This document shows positions 8,336 to 17,876 of a stretch of DNA of 33,578 bases, one piece after another. Under the pieces are notes generated by a model that was given only the letters and a program-made list of their open reading frames with translations, had not been told where the DNA came from and searched no databases. The position numbers and the translations under genes were made by a program. Source of the DNA: Candidatus Eiseniibacteriota bacterium. GTDB lineage: Bacteria; Arandabacterota; Arandabacteria; Arandabacterales; Arandabacteraceae. The stretch is taken from assembly GCA_043810925.1 (NCBI GenBank), contig JBDRNT010000011.1:1-33578 (forward strand). The letters run 5' to 3'. Positions within the stretch are counted from its first letter, which is position 1; each line of letters opens with the position of its first letter.

Positions 8336-10777
8336 CTACCACATGTAGTCGATTTGGATTCTGAAGTACTTCTCTTTGTTCATGATGTTCTCGGCATCGA
8401 TTTCACCGCCGTAATACTGGTTGTAACGTCTGACATCTGTATTGGTAACGGGGAGTCCCCTGTCATATGCAGCCTTGAGTTCAATCCAGAGGTTATCGGA
8501 AAGCCGGTCCTGTACCGAAACCCAGAACCTCATCGAATTCCTTTTATCACTGGCCACGAAATCGCTCTCCTCGAAGAACCAGAGAAAGCCGTTGTAGGAG
8601 AGCGCCCCGACGCTCACATTGAACTTGTCGGTGAAGTTGTGTATGGCGTGGAGAAGCAGTGCCCACGAGGGTTGGAACGCCTGGCCGGAGGCCGGGTGGT
8701 CACCGTCGGGTTCGACTCCGCCGACGAGCCTGGGTCTAGGCGGCCATTCGGTTCCACCTTTCAGATAAGTGAATTCAATCATGTCGTAATTGGACAGCCT
8801 CATCTCGAGCTCGAGCCGTGTGTCGGCCAGGCTGTAGCTCGTGGCCGTCAGTTCATCTGCCCGGTTCCGCCCCTGGTACTGCTGTCTTATCTTGAACCTG
8901 AGCGGATAGAGCAATCTGACTTCAAGATTGCCGACAAACCTGCTGTAGGTCGCCCCGTCGGATACCCTGGTCCAGCGGTCATACTCGATCCGCGGTATTA
9001 TCGAGGTGGTGAGCCTGTAACGGGTCGACAGGTATACGCCCCGTTCGGCCTGAGGGGCGACGCCATTATCAAAGATCAGGCCGTAAAGCGGATCGGTGAG
9101 ATAGTAGTGGTCCTCGAGAATCGTGCCCTTGAACCGTGCGTAGTTTGAAAACCCCCGGCAATAGGGATTGTCGAAACCCAGGTCATAGTCCCTGTAGAGC
9201 ACCAGGAAACTGAGGTTGTTGTACTGGGCCCACAGTGAGGAGACAAAAGCAGCAGGATCGTCACCAACCTTGAGCATGTTGCCGTTCACGTCCATCTCGG
9301 CGTACTCGGCCTGCACACAGTAGTTGTTGAACACGCTCTGCATCTCGACCCCAAAGACACGCCGGAACTTACCCGGACTCCGGTAGGACCGGAGGAACTC
9401 ATTGTCGGCCTGGATGATCCGGTCGGGCCTATCTATGATGGTCTCTCCACCCATAGGATCGAAGCGCCGGTTGTAGCGGCTTTCGTAACCCGTTACACCT
9501 ACATGCGAACCCGGGCGCAGAAGATAGCGGAGATTGCCCCCATAGGTCCTCTCATGGAGGGCGTCACGCATGGGGGGAAGTCCGTATTGGACCAGGGTTT
9601 CATTCTTTATAGCCGGGTTGAGCGAGATATAGGCGGCGGCAGAACCGTCCTCGTTGAGGACCACATCCTTCTCGTCGTCCGAATAAAAGCCGATTCCTTT
9701 GAAGTCCCGCCAGGTGGCCTGAACCGCGACGCCTGAGAGCTTGTACTCCTCAGACCGTGAGATATCGCCGAGTACGCCGTAGTAGCGCTTGTCCCAGGAG
9801 TAACCGGACTTCCTCGGCTTGAAGTAATCGCTGTTCTCCATCACGAGCCCCTGGCCGAACCCGACAAGATAGTCACCGACATAGACCTTGTCTATCAGCA
9901 CAGGGCCGAGCTTCAGTCCCTCCACACCCGCAAAGCCCTTCATGTGTTCGCCAAGGCTTTCCTCACCGCTTTGCCTCCACCCGAGCATGCCTCCCCTCAG
10001 AGTGACATCCCCGGTAAGATAGTACTTAAGGTAGAGTTTCTGGCTGACCTCGGGTCGCGACGCATAAAGACCGAGCCTGTCATACCATGAGTCATAGACA
10101 TTCTGAGCCGAGTACACATCCTCCTGCAGAAGCTCCACAACGTCCGAATGAAATTCTGTGCTCCTCGCCCTGACTTGATACCGGCCGTGAAGCTCACCCT
10201 TTTGCTCGGTACTCTGGTACTCGACAAGCGATCTCGCGTTCATGTAGCCCCAGCCTGAAAGACCGGGTGTATATCTCAGGTCCCGCCGGCTCCTGTAAGT
10301 CCCGATAGCAGTGCGATGCTTGAAGATTGCCACGGCGTCCACGGGTGAGACATTCTGGAGATTCATCAGGTCGTATACACCCGCGGTGTTTATGTTGGGC
10401 GGGTCCTTGGCTATGTCTATCCAGAGATCGATCAGACCCTCGTTGCTTCCCTCCGATGAGCCCCAGCTTCTGACGTTTCGCTGGGCGACGTTCATACGCT
10501 CGGCGAAGTAATCGATATCGACCGGCTCAATCCTGACAAGGGGTTTTAATATCTCAAGTTTGCCGGCATCGATTCCCGGGACCTTCATAAGATCATAAAC
10601 GCTCCCGAAGTATGATCTGAATTCCCTGTATTCATATACGGCCTGCGCATCCTCTGCGGAAAGCGGGAGCTCCATTATGTCCGCAAGCGGCGCAGAATTA
10701 AGATCGATGGGAAACTCAGCTGCCGACAGACCGCCGGCCGTTACCGTGAAAACCAATAAGAGCAACCATCGTCTCAT
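8336..10777 (-). CDS. Tandem ComEA-like helix-hairpin-helix domains fused to a predicted outer-membrane beta-barrel
   Basis: Signal peptide. HhH1 IDLNSA..DIMELP...A.AVYEYRE....FGSVYDLMKVPGI and HhH2 NINTAGVYDLMNL...AVAIFKHR....YRS..DL.YTPGL. Strand-rich remainder containing GDYLVGFGQGLV. Terminal FRIQIDYMW resembles a BAM beta-signal. Confidence 0.8.
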   Translation of the reverse strand: MRRWLLLLVFTVTAGGLSAAEFPIDLNSAPLADIMELPLSAEDAQAVYEYREFRSYFGSVYDLMKVPGIDAGKLEILKPLVRIEPVDIDYFAERMNVAQRNVRSWGSSEGSNEGLIDLWIDIAKDPPNINTAGVYDLMNLQNVSPVDAVAIFKHRTAIGTYRSRRDLRYTPGLSGWGYMNARSLVEYQSTEQKGELHGRYQVRARSTEFHSDVVELLQEDVYSAQNVYDSWYDRLGLYASRPEVSQKLYLKYYLTGDVTLRGGMLGWRQSGEESLGEHMKGFAGVEGLKLGPVLIDKVYVGDYLVGFGQGLVMENSDYFKPRKSGYSWDKRYYGVLGDISRSEEYKLSGVAVQATWRDFKGIGFYSDDEKDVVLNEDGSAAAYISLNPAIKNETLVQYGLPPMRDALHERTYGGNLRYLLRPGSHVGVTGYESRYNRRFDPMGGETIIDRPDRIIQADNEFLRSYRSPGKFRRVFGVEMQSVFNNYCVQAEYAEMDVNGNMLKVGDDPAAFVSSLWAQYNNLSFLVLYRDYDLGFDNPYCRGFSNYARFKGTILEDHYYLTDPLYGLIFDNGVAPQAERGVYLSTRYRLTTSIIPRIEYDRWTRVSDGATYSRFVGNLEVRLLYPLRFKIRQQYQGRNRADELTATSYSLADTRLELEMRLSNYDMIEFTYLKGGTEWPPRPRLVGGVEPDGDHPASGQAFQPSWALLLHAIHNFTDKFNVSVGALSYNGFLWFFEESDFVASDKRNSMRFWVSVQDRLSDNLWIELKAAYDRGLPVTNTDVRRYNQYYGGEIDAENIMNKEKYFRIQIDYMW

Positions 10778-10790
10778 TTGTCGCGCCTTC

Positions 10791-11660
10791 CTAGAATACC
10801 GCTCTCAGGGACATGTGGTGTGTGCCCGGCAGAACCGTATGACTTGAGTACGAGTAGTCTACGGCTAATGGCTCAACACCGACCGTGAAGCCCCCCGTCA
10901 GCGAGTTGGGTTCGGTCTGGAAGCCGAACCTCATATCCAGAAATTCCGTCACATTAAACTGCATCCCCATGTGTATCTCGACGTCTTCCCCTCTTACACT
11001 TCTGATATCCAGCTCGGTAATTACACCGTAGTAGGGTTTGTATGCGATACCAGCGGTCAACCACTGAGGAAGCGGTTCCCTGTCGACCTTCCCCAGCGAC
11101 GGCTCATTAACATTCTTAAGAAAGAACCCCAGCATGGTCCGATCCCTTAAGATTGCGAGCATGCCGATGTCGATCCCGAAGGTCGTCTGGCTCCCGAGAT
11201 CCATCGTACCCGTTGATCCGAAATCAAGTGAGTAGATGTTGAGGCCGTAGCCGACATGAAGCGACGAGTGGATGTCCTTCATAAGTACCATCCCGTGCGC
11301 CACACTGAATGTCGACTCGCCCATGAGATCCTGACCGCCGAATTCGACACCAAAGCTGCGGTAGCTGACCGCGACGCCGTGCGACGGCCTGACAGGCATG
11401 CTCGCAGCAAGAAAGGTCAGGGATTCGAAGCTCTGAGAATTCGGCTTCAAGTACGACGCGCACACACTTCGGCCCGACACTCCTACCAGGCAAGCGGGGT
11501 TGTAGAATATCGCGGTGGCATCATCCGCACTGGCTATCCATGCTCCCGCCATACCCCTTGCCTTGCTGCTCACATCCACGGAATCGAAGACATAGGCAGT
11601 CGCCATACCTGCAATAAGAAACACCAAAACGGGCCAGAGAATTAGTCTAATGACTCGCAC
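10791..11660 (-). CDS. PorV/PorQ/PorP-like outer-membrane beta-barrel (T9SS-like accessory)
   Basis: Signal peptide. Motif SKARGMAGAWIASADDATAIFYNPACL. C-terminus DYSYSSHTVLPGTHHMSLRAVF with terminal Phe. 289 aa. Confidence 0.75.
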   Translation of the reverse strand: MRVIRLILWPVLVFLIAGMATAYVFDSVDVSSKARGMAGAWIASADDATAIFYNPACLVGVSGRSVCASYLKPNSQSFESLTFLAASMPVRPSHGVAVSYRSFGVEFGGQDLMGESTFSVAHGMVLMKDIHSSLHVGYGLNIYSLDFGSTGTMDLGSQTTFGIDIGMLAILRDRTMLGFFLKNVNEPSLGKVDREPLPQWLTAGIAYKPYYGVITELDIRSVRGEDVEIHMGMQFNVTEFLDMRFGFQTEPNSLTGGFTVGVEPLAVDYSYSSHTVLPGTHHMSLRAVF

Positions 11661-11672
11661 CTGAGTCTCCTC

Positions 11673-14597
11673 CTACTTTAGCTCGATACCCACGACGATC
11701 GGTACGCTTTCAGTCGTCCTTCTGCCGGTAACTGACTCCGTGACCTCAAGGAAACAGATGTAAAGACCCGGGGCGACCATCCTGCCCTCATCGTCTTTAC
11801 CATCCCATCTGATCTCACGGTCCCCGAGGCTCGTACCACTATAGAGCGTTGCCACACTTCTGCCGGCCGCGTCAAACAGCCTCAGGACGACATCGCTCAA
11901 TGATTCTCCACCAAACCGTATACTGAATCCATCCTCTCCGCAAGACGGACAGAACACGCGCGCATCGACATCGAGTCTTGCCTCATCGGGAAATGCACCT
12001 TCGATTATCTCGATGTCACTGTCATACCTGGGGACGAGCTCGTAGCTCTCGAGGAATGGACGTGTGTAGTCGTACTGAAGAACGACACCTTTGACTCTCG
12101 CATACATTCCCACTTTGAAGCGGGTGAAGTCTATCGGCAGGTAGTTCTGGTAAACCTGTATGCCGCCTGTCCCATCGTCAATGAAGAAGTCGAAGTCGGA
12201 GGTGCTAATGATCGCTCCCTCCGTCTGGACAAGTCTCCCCTCATTTATCTCACGTCCGACATCACCGGTCTTCAGGATCACGGGATCCGGTTCCGGATAG
12301 CCACGCGAAAGAATTGTGACCCGGGGACTGGGTGACATGTAAATCTCGGTGGTACTACCCGCGGTACCCACGTATTCCGTTACATCTCCGCTGACCGTGA
12401 CGAAATCACCAATGACCGGAGCAGGGTTGGGTACGTCATAGGAAAACACATTGACCCCACATCCGTCCAGGCCCTGGACGTAAAGTGAGGAGTACTCCTC
12501 CTGGAACACACCTGGCGGTACGGTGATAAAACCCATCGTGAACACGGCAGTGTCCCTCACGGGTGAGAATCCGTACTCGTCGTATGCCTGTATCGTGCAC
12601 ACTCTCATGGCGGCGCTGGATGTGATCGATAGGGTGACCACCGTATCTTCCATGGCCTGATTGAACTTGCTTTTCAGGTTCGCAACTTCAAGCCTCGCAG
12701 CACCGGGCAGGACATCATCGAACAGAAGAAGCACCTTCTCCCCCGATGCCGAAGGATAGGCCTTTACGGCAGCCGGACAGCCCTCGTGCCGCCCACACAA
12801 CTGGAAATTCCCCGGATCGGCGAGCGCCGACACAGCCATGCCTTCGCTGAAAAAGACCTCCACAATGTCTGTCGCGTGGGACATCACCTTGTCAACAACC
12901 GGGGCCCTGTAATCAAAGATGTTCTCCGCACCGGGAGTTGGAACCGCCGTCAGCGAAGCCGGCGGATTCTCCGGTATATGGTCCAGGCCGGTCGCCAGTG
13001 CGTAGCCTGCAGGCGGGATCTGGGGAAAAGCGCTCGCCATAAAATCATCACACATATCCGTGGGGCATGCTACTCCATCCTTATACTCGATATAGTCTAC
13101 AAGATCGCTCAGCGAGGCGTCCCGCCAGAACGAGATCACCTCGTATGTTTCGGCACCGCCGCACAGCCCCCCATCGCCCCCCACTCTCCCGAGCGGGCTT
13201 ATGGCCGCTTCAATCGCCCCATCATAATCGAACCGCTCACCGAAGCCGGCAGATGATTCGACCAGGACAAGATATTCATCCGGAGCGAGCGTGTCGGCCG
13301 GCCCGAACACGTGACGCACATCCGTGTCGCATATGGAAACAGCCCGCTGTTCACAAATGGCATAACCCTCGAGATAGGCTGTCGAGCTGCCCGTGTTGTG
13401 AAGCTCGATAAACGCATTACTCCCCGAGGTCGTCCCGTCATCCGGAAAGACCTCGGTGATATAAACACCAGGAATGGGGTAGACTGCCTTAAGCGCGGGC
13501 AGAAGGCTGATGTCCTTAAATGTTGTCCCATCGACCGAGGTTCTCACCGTTACCTGCGAGGATACAAGACCTGCGGGCGGGGCCACGTTTTTAAGAGTAA
13601 CCGAACCGTATGAAACATCCCCGTCCCAGACAGCGCATGATTGCACTGCTACGCCGCTTGCCGTTACATCATACGTGGCACCCGACAACCCCGGGCCTGA
13701 GAGCACAACATTCCCGGCCCCACCTTCCCAGCTCCACCCGTCTGCGAGCGGGAGGTCGACGGAAAACGCCGTAATGGTATCCTGCTCATTACCCGCAAGC
13801 GTCACGACGAGATCGAATGACGGCAGATCGTTATCGACCGACGAAGGCTCCAGAACCACGATTCCGCTTCCACTTCCCACGGCGAGCACGTCCTCATATC
13901 TCGATCGCGGCCAGACGGTATAGTCGGACAGGTACGGGTACTTCCGGTCGTTCTGGACGACAACGCCGATCACGGTAAATGGGCCGTCCGGTTCCGGGGT
14001 GCCGCCGATATCTGTGTCTCCGTCTATCCTGAGGGTGAAACTGCCGGTCGCATCCTCCACGGTGAGGTCCCGATTGGTACCCGGACTCGTCGGCCAGTCG
14101 CCGCCTGTAATTCCAACATTTTGGACTCTCACGAGGGCACCCTCGTAAGGTTCAAACGGCGGTGCGGAAGTCGCAGTAACCTCACTCGCGGTGAGCAGAA
14201 CGGGCTCAGGAACGGTGCCCTTTCCAACAACCTTTATGTCTTCGAGACGACCGACATTGAGGCGTATCGTACCCGCGTTGGGACTGCTGAAACTCAAACT
14301 GACCGCCCCGGTCACGACCACGCTGTCACCAAGTCTTAACCTGATGCCTTTAAGAGTGCGGGTGTACAGATTGATCCCGCCGGTCTTATCCTGGATGTAA
14401 GCATCAAGTGAACTCAACTCGCCGCTGAAGATACCGCTCCCGGTCGTTACGACTCCCGTGACTGTAACGGTCGTGCCGTCCAGTTCGGAATCTCCCCCGC
14501 TGTCTATCTCTTTGGCCTCTTCTATCGTGATCACCGCACCGTTCGCGGTGAACGCAACAAGCAAGAGCACAAGCCAGGCACCACAAACACGCATCAC
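11673..14597 (-). CDS. Secreted protein: double OB module, Ig-like region, lamin-tail domain, Ig-like domain, double OB module, variant FlgD-like CTD
   Basis: Signal peptide. GTTVTVTGVVT..YIQD.TGGI..LGDSVVVTG and YEGALVRV..VWPR. LTD VYITEVFPD..FIELHN. Second OB pair ends LVPRYDSDI. CTD reads FCPSC...LRLFDAAGRSVATL...WDGKD..G....PGLY. Confidence 0.82.
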   Translation of the reverse strand: MMRVCGAWLVLLLVAFTANGAVITIEEAKEIDSGGDSELDGTTVTVTGVVTTGSGIFSGELSSLDAYIQDKTGGINLYTRTLKGIRLRLGDSVVVTGAVSLSFSSPNAGTIRLNVGRLEDIKVVGKGTVPEPVLLTASEVTATSAPPFEPYEGALVRVQNVGITGGDWPTSPGTNRDLTVEDATGSFTLRIDGDTDIGGTPEPDGPFTVIGVVVQNDRKYPYLSDYTVWPRSRYEDVLAVGSGSGIVVLEPSSVDNDLPSFDLVVTLAGNEQDTITAFSVDLPLADGWSWEGGAGNVVLSGPGLSGATYDVTASGVAVQSCAVWDGDVSYGSVTLKNVAPPAGLVSSQVTVRTSVDGTTFKDISLLPALKAVYPIPGVYITEVFPDDGTTSGSNAFIELHNTGSSTAYLEGYAICEQRAVSICDTDVRHVFGPADTLAPDEYLVLVESSAGFGERFDYDGAIEAAISPLGRVGGDGGLCGGAETYEVISFWRDASLSDLVDYIEYKDGVACPTDMCDDFMASAFPQIPPAGYALATGLDHIPENPPASLTAVPTPGAENIFDYRAPVVDKVMSHATDIVEVFFSEGMAVSALADPGNFQLCGRHEGCPAAVKAYPSASGEKVLLLFDDVLPGAARLEVANLKSKFNQAMEDTVVTLSITSSAAMRVCTIQAYDEYGFSPVRDTAVFTMGFITVPPGVFQEEYSSLYVQGLDGCGVNVFSYDVPNPAPVIGDFVTVSGDVTEYVGTAGSTTEIYMSPSPRVTILSRGYPEPDPVILKTGDVGREINEGRLVQTEGAIISTSDFDFFIDDGTGGIQVYQNYLPIDFTRFKVGMYARVKGVVLQYDYTRPFLESYELVPRYDSDIEIIEGAFPDEARLDVDARVFCPSCGEDGFSIRFGGESLSDVVLRLFDAAGRSVATLYSGTSLGDREIRWDGKDDEGRMVAPGLYICFLEVTESVTGRRTTESVPIVVGIELK

Positions 14598-15664
14598 TTG
14601 AGTCTTCTCCCTATTACGATCGGTACCGTTTCTTCTGTCTTATCACCGGTCACAGGATCCGTTGCGGTCGCGACCACGTGATAAAGTCCCATCGGCAGGC
14701 GCTCCATGAGCTCATTTCGCCCGTCCCACTCGAAATCAGCTTCGCCGCATGCGGTTATATGGTCTTCAAGCGTTGCCACACATCTGCCCGAGACATCGAA
14801 GATCCTCAATTTCGCCCGCCCGCCGTTCGGGCCGTTGAATCTGATCTTCACTTTGTTGTAGGGCCGGGGACACTCCGGACAGAAAATGTTGGCTCTATCA
14901 CCGTTGATGTCGGTTATCTCAAGCAGAACTCGCGCTGTCACGGTATCGGGAGTACAGCGTGGTCCCACGACATCGTCGTACGGCGGAGCGGGACTTCTGG
15001 GCCAGATGCTGTAATCACTCAAGTAGGGAGGCGAGGGATCGTACTGCGAGACGACTCCACGCGCGGTCACCTTATCCCCGAAGAAGAGCTCCTGCCAACC
15101 TGGGCTCGTGGTAAACGTCCCGGCCCGATCATGGATCTCTATCTGGCCTGTCCCATCATCGACGAATATCGATTCAAGTCCATCCTTACCTACGACCCTG
15201 CCCGTAACCTGTACAAACATCCCTTCATGCTCTTCGCGGCCCACCGCACCGGTCGACATAAGTGTGGGCTCGGGAAATATGTCCGAATTCCGGACGATGA
15301 TTTCACCCGTAAGCTCGGCGATCTCCGTGGTCGCTCCCGCGGTCCCGGCATACTCAAGAACGTTGCCGGTCACGGTTATCGTATCGCCCAGAGACAGCCC
15401 GGGAATGGGATCAAACGAGAACACATTGATCCCGCAGGAGTCACTACCGAGACCCCGTATGAAGATCGATGTGAAGTCAGGTACAAAGAACCCCGGCGGG
15501 ACGGTCACAATACCTGTGACGGTGACCCTGCTGCCGGTCAGAGGCGAGAATCCCGATGCATCATAGGCCTGTACTTCACAGATCGTTGTCGCCCGGGCGG
15601 GTTGGAATATCAAGATCACCAGAAATAGCGACAAAAAAACGAGTCCTGCCTGATGACTCCTCAC
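14594..15664 (-). CDS. Secreted protein: one double OB module plus variant FlgD-like CTD (paralogous to the C-terminal third of the 11673-14597 protein)
   Basis: Signal peptide. ICEVQAYDASGFSP..G..TVPPGFF matches VCTIQAYDEYGFSP..G.ITVPPGVF in the neighbour. CTD reads FCPEC...WDGRN...VPIVIGRRLK. GTG start after AAGGAG; ATGA overlap with the downstream gene. Confidence 0.82.
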   Translation of the reverse strand: MRSHQAGLVFLSLFLVILIFQPARATTICEVQAYDASGFSPLTGSRVTVTGIVTVPPGFFVPDFTSIFIRGLGSDSCGINVFSFDPIPGLSLGDTITVTGNVLEYAGTAGATTEIAELTGEIIVRNSDIFPEPTLMSTGAVGREEHEGMFVQVTGRVVGKDGLESIFVDDGTGQIEIHDRAGTFTTSPGWQELFFGDKVTARGVVSQYDPSPPYLSDYSIWPRSPAPPYDDVVGPRCTPDTVTARVLLEITDINGDRANIFCPECPRPYNKVKIRFNGPNGGRAKLRIFDVSGRCVATLEDHITACGEADFEWDGRNELMERLPMGLYHVVATATDPVTGDKTEETVPIVIGRRLK

Positions 15665-15689
15665 GCGACATGCTCCTTCGTTTTGTCAG

Positions 15690-15718
15690 ATGCTACTATA
15701 AACGATGGTACAAGTCAA
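15690..15718 (-). promoter_or_regulatory. Putative internal sigma70 promoter for the 15664-5319 sub-operon
   Basis: TTGACT-17 bp-TAGCAT in the only 50-bp gap of the operon. Confidence 0.45.
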
Positions 15719-17052
15719 CTACTGGTGCCAAGACCCAGCTTCTGTTGAAGCCGCTTGAGCCGTCCGATTTCTGCGTTACCCTTTGCCGCCGCCCTGTCAA
15801 GCGCCTCCCCAATATCAGCATCACCCCTGAGCACCGCTTCGACCGCCCGCTCCGCAAGATATCTCCTGCCGGCATACCAGCCCGCAATCTTGGGCTCGAA
15901 GCTTGCGTACTCGAGTTGATTGAATGCATCTCTTAAGCCCGGGAATTCCTCAAACCTGGCCATCAGCGTATCCGTTTCAAAAGCGCTCCACCTGACCGGC
16001 GCGTAGAAAGTACCGGCGGCCCAGCGCGCCGTCTGGTCCGTGTCGGTGAACCACTTGATGAACTCCCACGCTGCTTCCTGTTCCCGCCTGGTTGACTCTG
16101 AGAAGATCACGACATTGGTACCCGCAATCGTCACACCGTCGATCTTGCCCGCCGGCAGGGGTGCAACGCCGAGCTCAAAATCGTATTTGCCCTGTACGAA
16201 CGCAAGCGAGACCGTTGAGCCTTCCATCATTCCGACCTTCTCGGCAAGGAAGTCGTTCTGATATTCATAGCCCGCCGCAATGAAGCCGACGCTGTCGGCA
16301 AGCAGTTTCTTCATAAAAGCGAGTGCCTCGACGCCCTCGCGCCGGTTAAAGATGACTTCCTGCGTCGCAGGGTCAAGGAAGCGGCCGCCGTTTTGAAGCA
16401 GGAGGTTCCCGAACATCCAGACGTTGACCTGCCCCGCCGTTCCCCAGATCTCCGGGAACCCGTCACCGTCATCATCCCGGGTGATCTTTCTGGCGAATCC
16501 TATGTAGTCGTCCCAGGTGCGGGGCGGTGTGTCGCGGTCAAGACCCGACCGCTCGAAAAGGTCCTTGTTGTAGAAAAGGGTTCTCACGCTCTTGTTAAAT
16601 GGAAATGACCATATCACACCGTCCCACTGGTTGTTCCTGATGAAGACCGGCAGTATGTCCGCCAGACTCTCTTCACTCAGTCCGTTGGGTCCCCTGACGA
16701 AGTCTTCGATCGGCACTATGCTGCCGCTTATGATCAGTTCCACCGTCCAGTTTTCGTAGGCCTGGGCCATCACGGGCGGCTTTCCGGCCGCAACCGCGGC
16801 CATTATCTTCTGGCTGAGTGCGTTGTACTGCCCCATCGACACAGAGACAATCTCTATGTCCGGATGTGTGGCGTTAAACTCATCTATCAGACTGGTAAGC
16901 ACCCTGCCCAGTGGTCCACCCATCCCATGCCAGAACGTTACCTTGACGACGCCGCTGTCATCCGTGCTTCGCGAGCACGTCACCAGCATGAGAAGGCAAG
17001 CGACGAGGATTACCCTCGCCGACACGCTATCCCTTAATCCCGCTCTTAGCAT
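15715..17052 (-). CDS. CUT1 ABC transporter substrate-binding lipoprotein (UgpB-like)
   Basis: Lipobox-like LVTC. Motifs VTFWHGMGG, FPFNKS..LFYNKDLF, PPRTWDD, AAWEFIKW and WAAGTFYAP. The true start may be the GTG near 17025. Confidence 0.9.
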   Translation of the reverse strand: MLRAGLRDSVSARVILVACLLMLVTCSRSTDDSGVVKVTFWHGMGGPLGRVLTSLIDEFNATHPDIEIVSVSMGQYNALSQKIMAAVAAGKPPVMAQAYENWTVELIISGSIVPIEDFVRGPNGLSEESLADILPVFIRNNQWDGVIWSFPFNKSVRTLFYNKDLFERSGLDRDTPPRTWDDYIGFARKITRDDDGDGFPEIWGTAGQVNVWMFGNLLLQNGGRFLDPATQEVIFNRREGVEALAFMKKLLADSVGFIAAGYEYQNDFLAEKVGMMEGSTVSLAFVQGKYDFELGVAPLPAGKIDGVTIAGTNVVIFSESTRREQEAAWEFIKWFTDTDQTARWAAGTFYAPVRWSAFETDTLMARFEEFPGLRDAFNQLEYASFEPKIAGWYAGRRYLAERAVEAVLRGDADIGEALDRAAAKGNAEIGRLKRLQQKLGLGTSS

Positions 17053-17863
17053 AGCTTTCGATCACCTGTTTCTGAGCGATGAAGTATATCACCACAACCG
17101 GCGCGACACAGAAGGTCGCAGCCGCCATCATCAATCCGTACTCCGTCCCCTGTTCCTGGGCAAAATAGGAGAGCCCGACCTGGATCGGACGCAGTTTGTC
17201 GCTGTTTGTCATGATCAACGGCCAGATGAAGCTGTTCCACGAACCAAGCAGCGCGAAGAGGCCTATCGTGATCAGCGTGGGCTTGGAGAGCGGAACCAGG
17301 ACCCTCCACAGGAAGCCCATCCGGCTGCACCCGTCAATCAGGGCGGCGTCGTAGTAGTCGTCCGGAATCGTCCGGAACTGCTGCCTGAGGAGAAAGATGC
17401 TGAAAATCTGTGCAAGCCACGGAACGATCTGTGCCATGTAGGTGTCAACCCATCCCAGCCTGGACATTATTATGAAAGACGGCACGAGATAGACGGCCTG
17501 AGGCACTATCATCATGCTGAGGAAGAATATGAACAGCGTCTCCCGGCCTGGGAAGTCGAACTTGGCAAAAGCGTAGGCGGCAAGACACGAGGTTATCACC
17601 ACCCCGCCCACGATGCATATGGCTATGAAGATCGTATTGAGGAAGTACCTTGGAAACGGGACTTCGCTCCAGGCCTCGATGTAGTTGTCCAGGATTACCT
17701 GGTTCGGTACCCACGTGGGTCTCAGGTGAGTAAGATCGGGCGGAATGAAGGTCTCCTGCGGAGACTTGAGCGAGGTCGATACCATCCAGATAAACGGCAT
17801 GACCATACTGATCGCCCCCACGATGAGAATAACGTGGATCGGGATCTTCCTCAATATCCGCAC
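17027..17863 (-). CDS. CUT1 ABC transporter permease (MalG/UgpE-like)
   Basis: MPFIWMVSTSLK, EAA loop DAALIDGCS, WNSFIWPLI. Confidence 0.93.
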   Translation of the reverse strand: MRILRKIPIHVILIVGAISMVMPFIWMVSTSLKSPQETFIPPDLTHLRPTWVPNQVILDNYIEAWSEVPFPRYFLNTIFIAICIVGGVVITSCLAAYAFAKFDFPGRETLFIFFLSMMIVPQAVYLVPSFIIMSRLGWVDTYMAQIVPWLAQIFSIFLLRQQFRTIPDDYYDAALIDGCSRMGFLWRVLVPLSKPTLITIGLFALLGSWNSFIWPLIMTNSDKLRPIQVGLSYFAQEQGTEYGLMMAAATFCVAPVVVIYFIAQKQVIESYAKSGIKG

Positions 17864-17876
17864 CGAGCAGGTCCTC

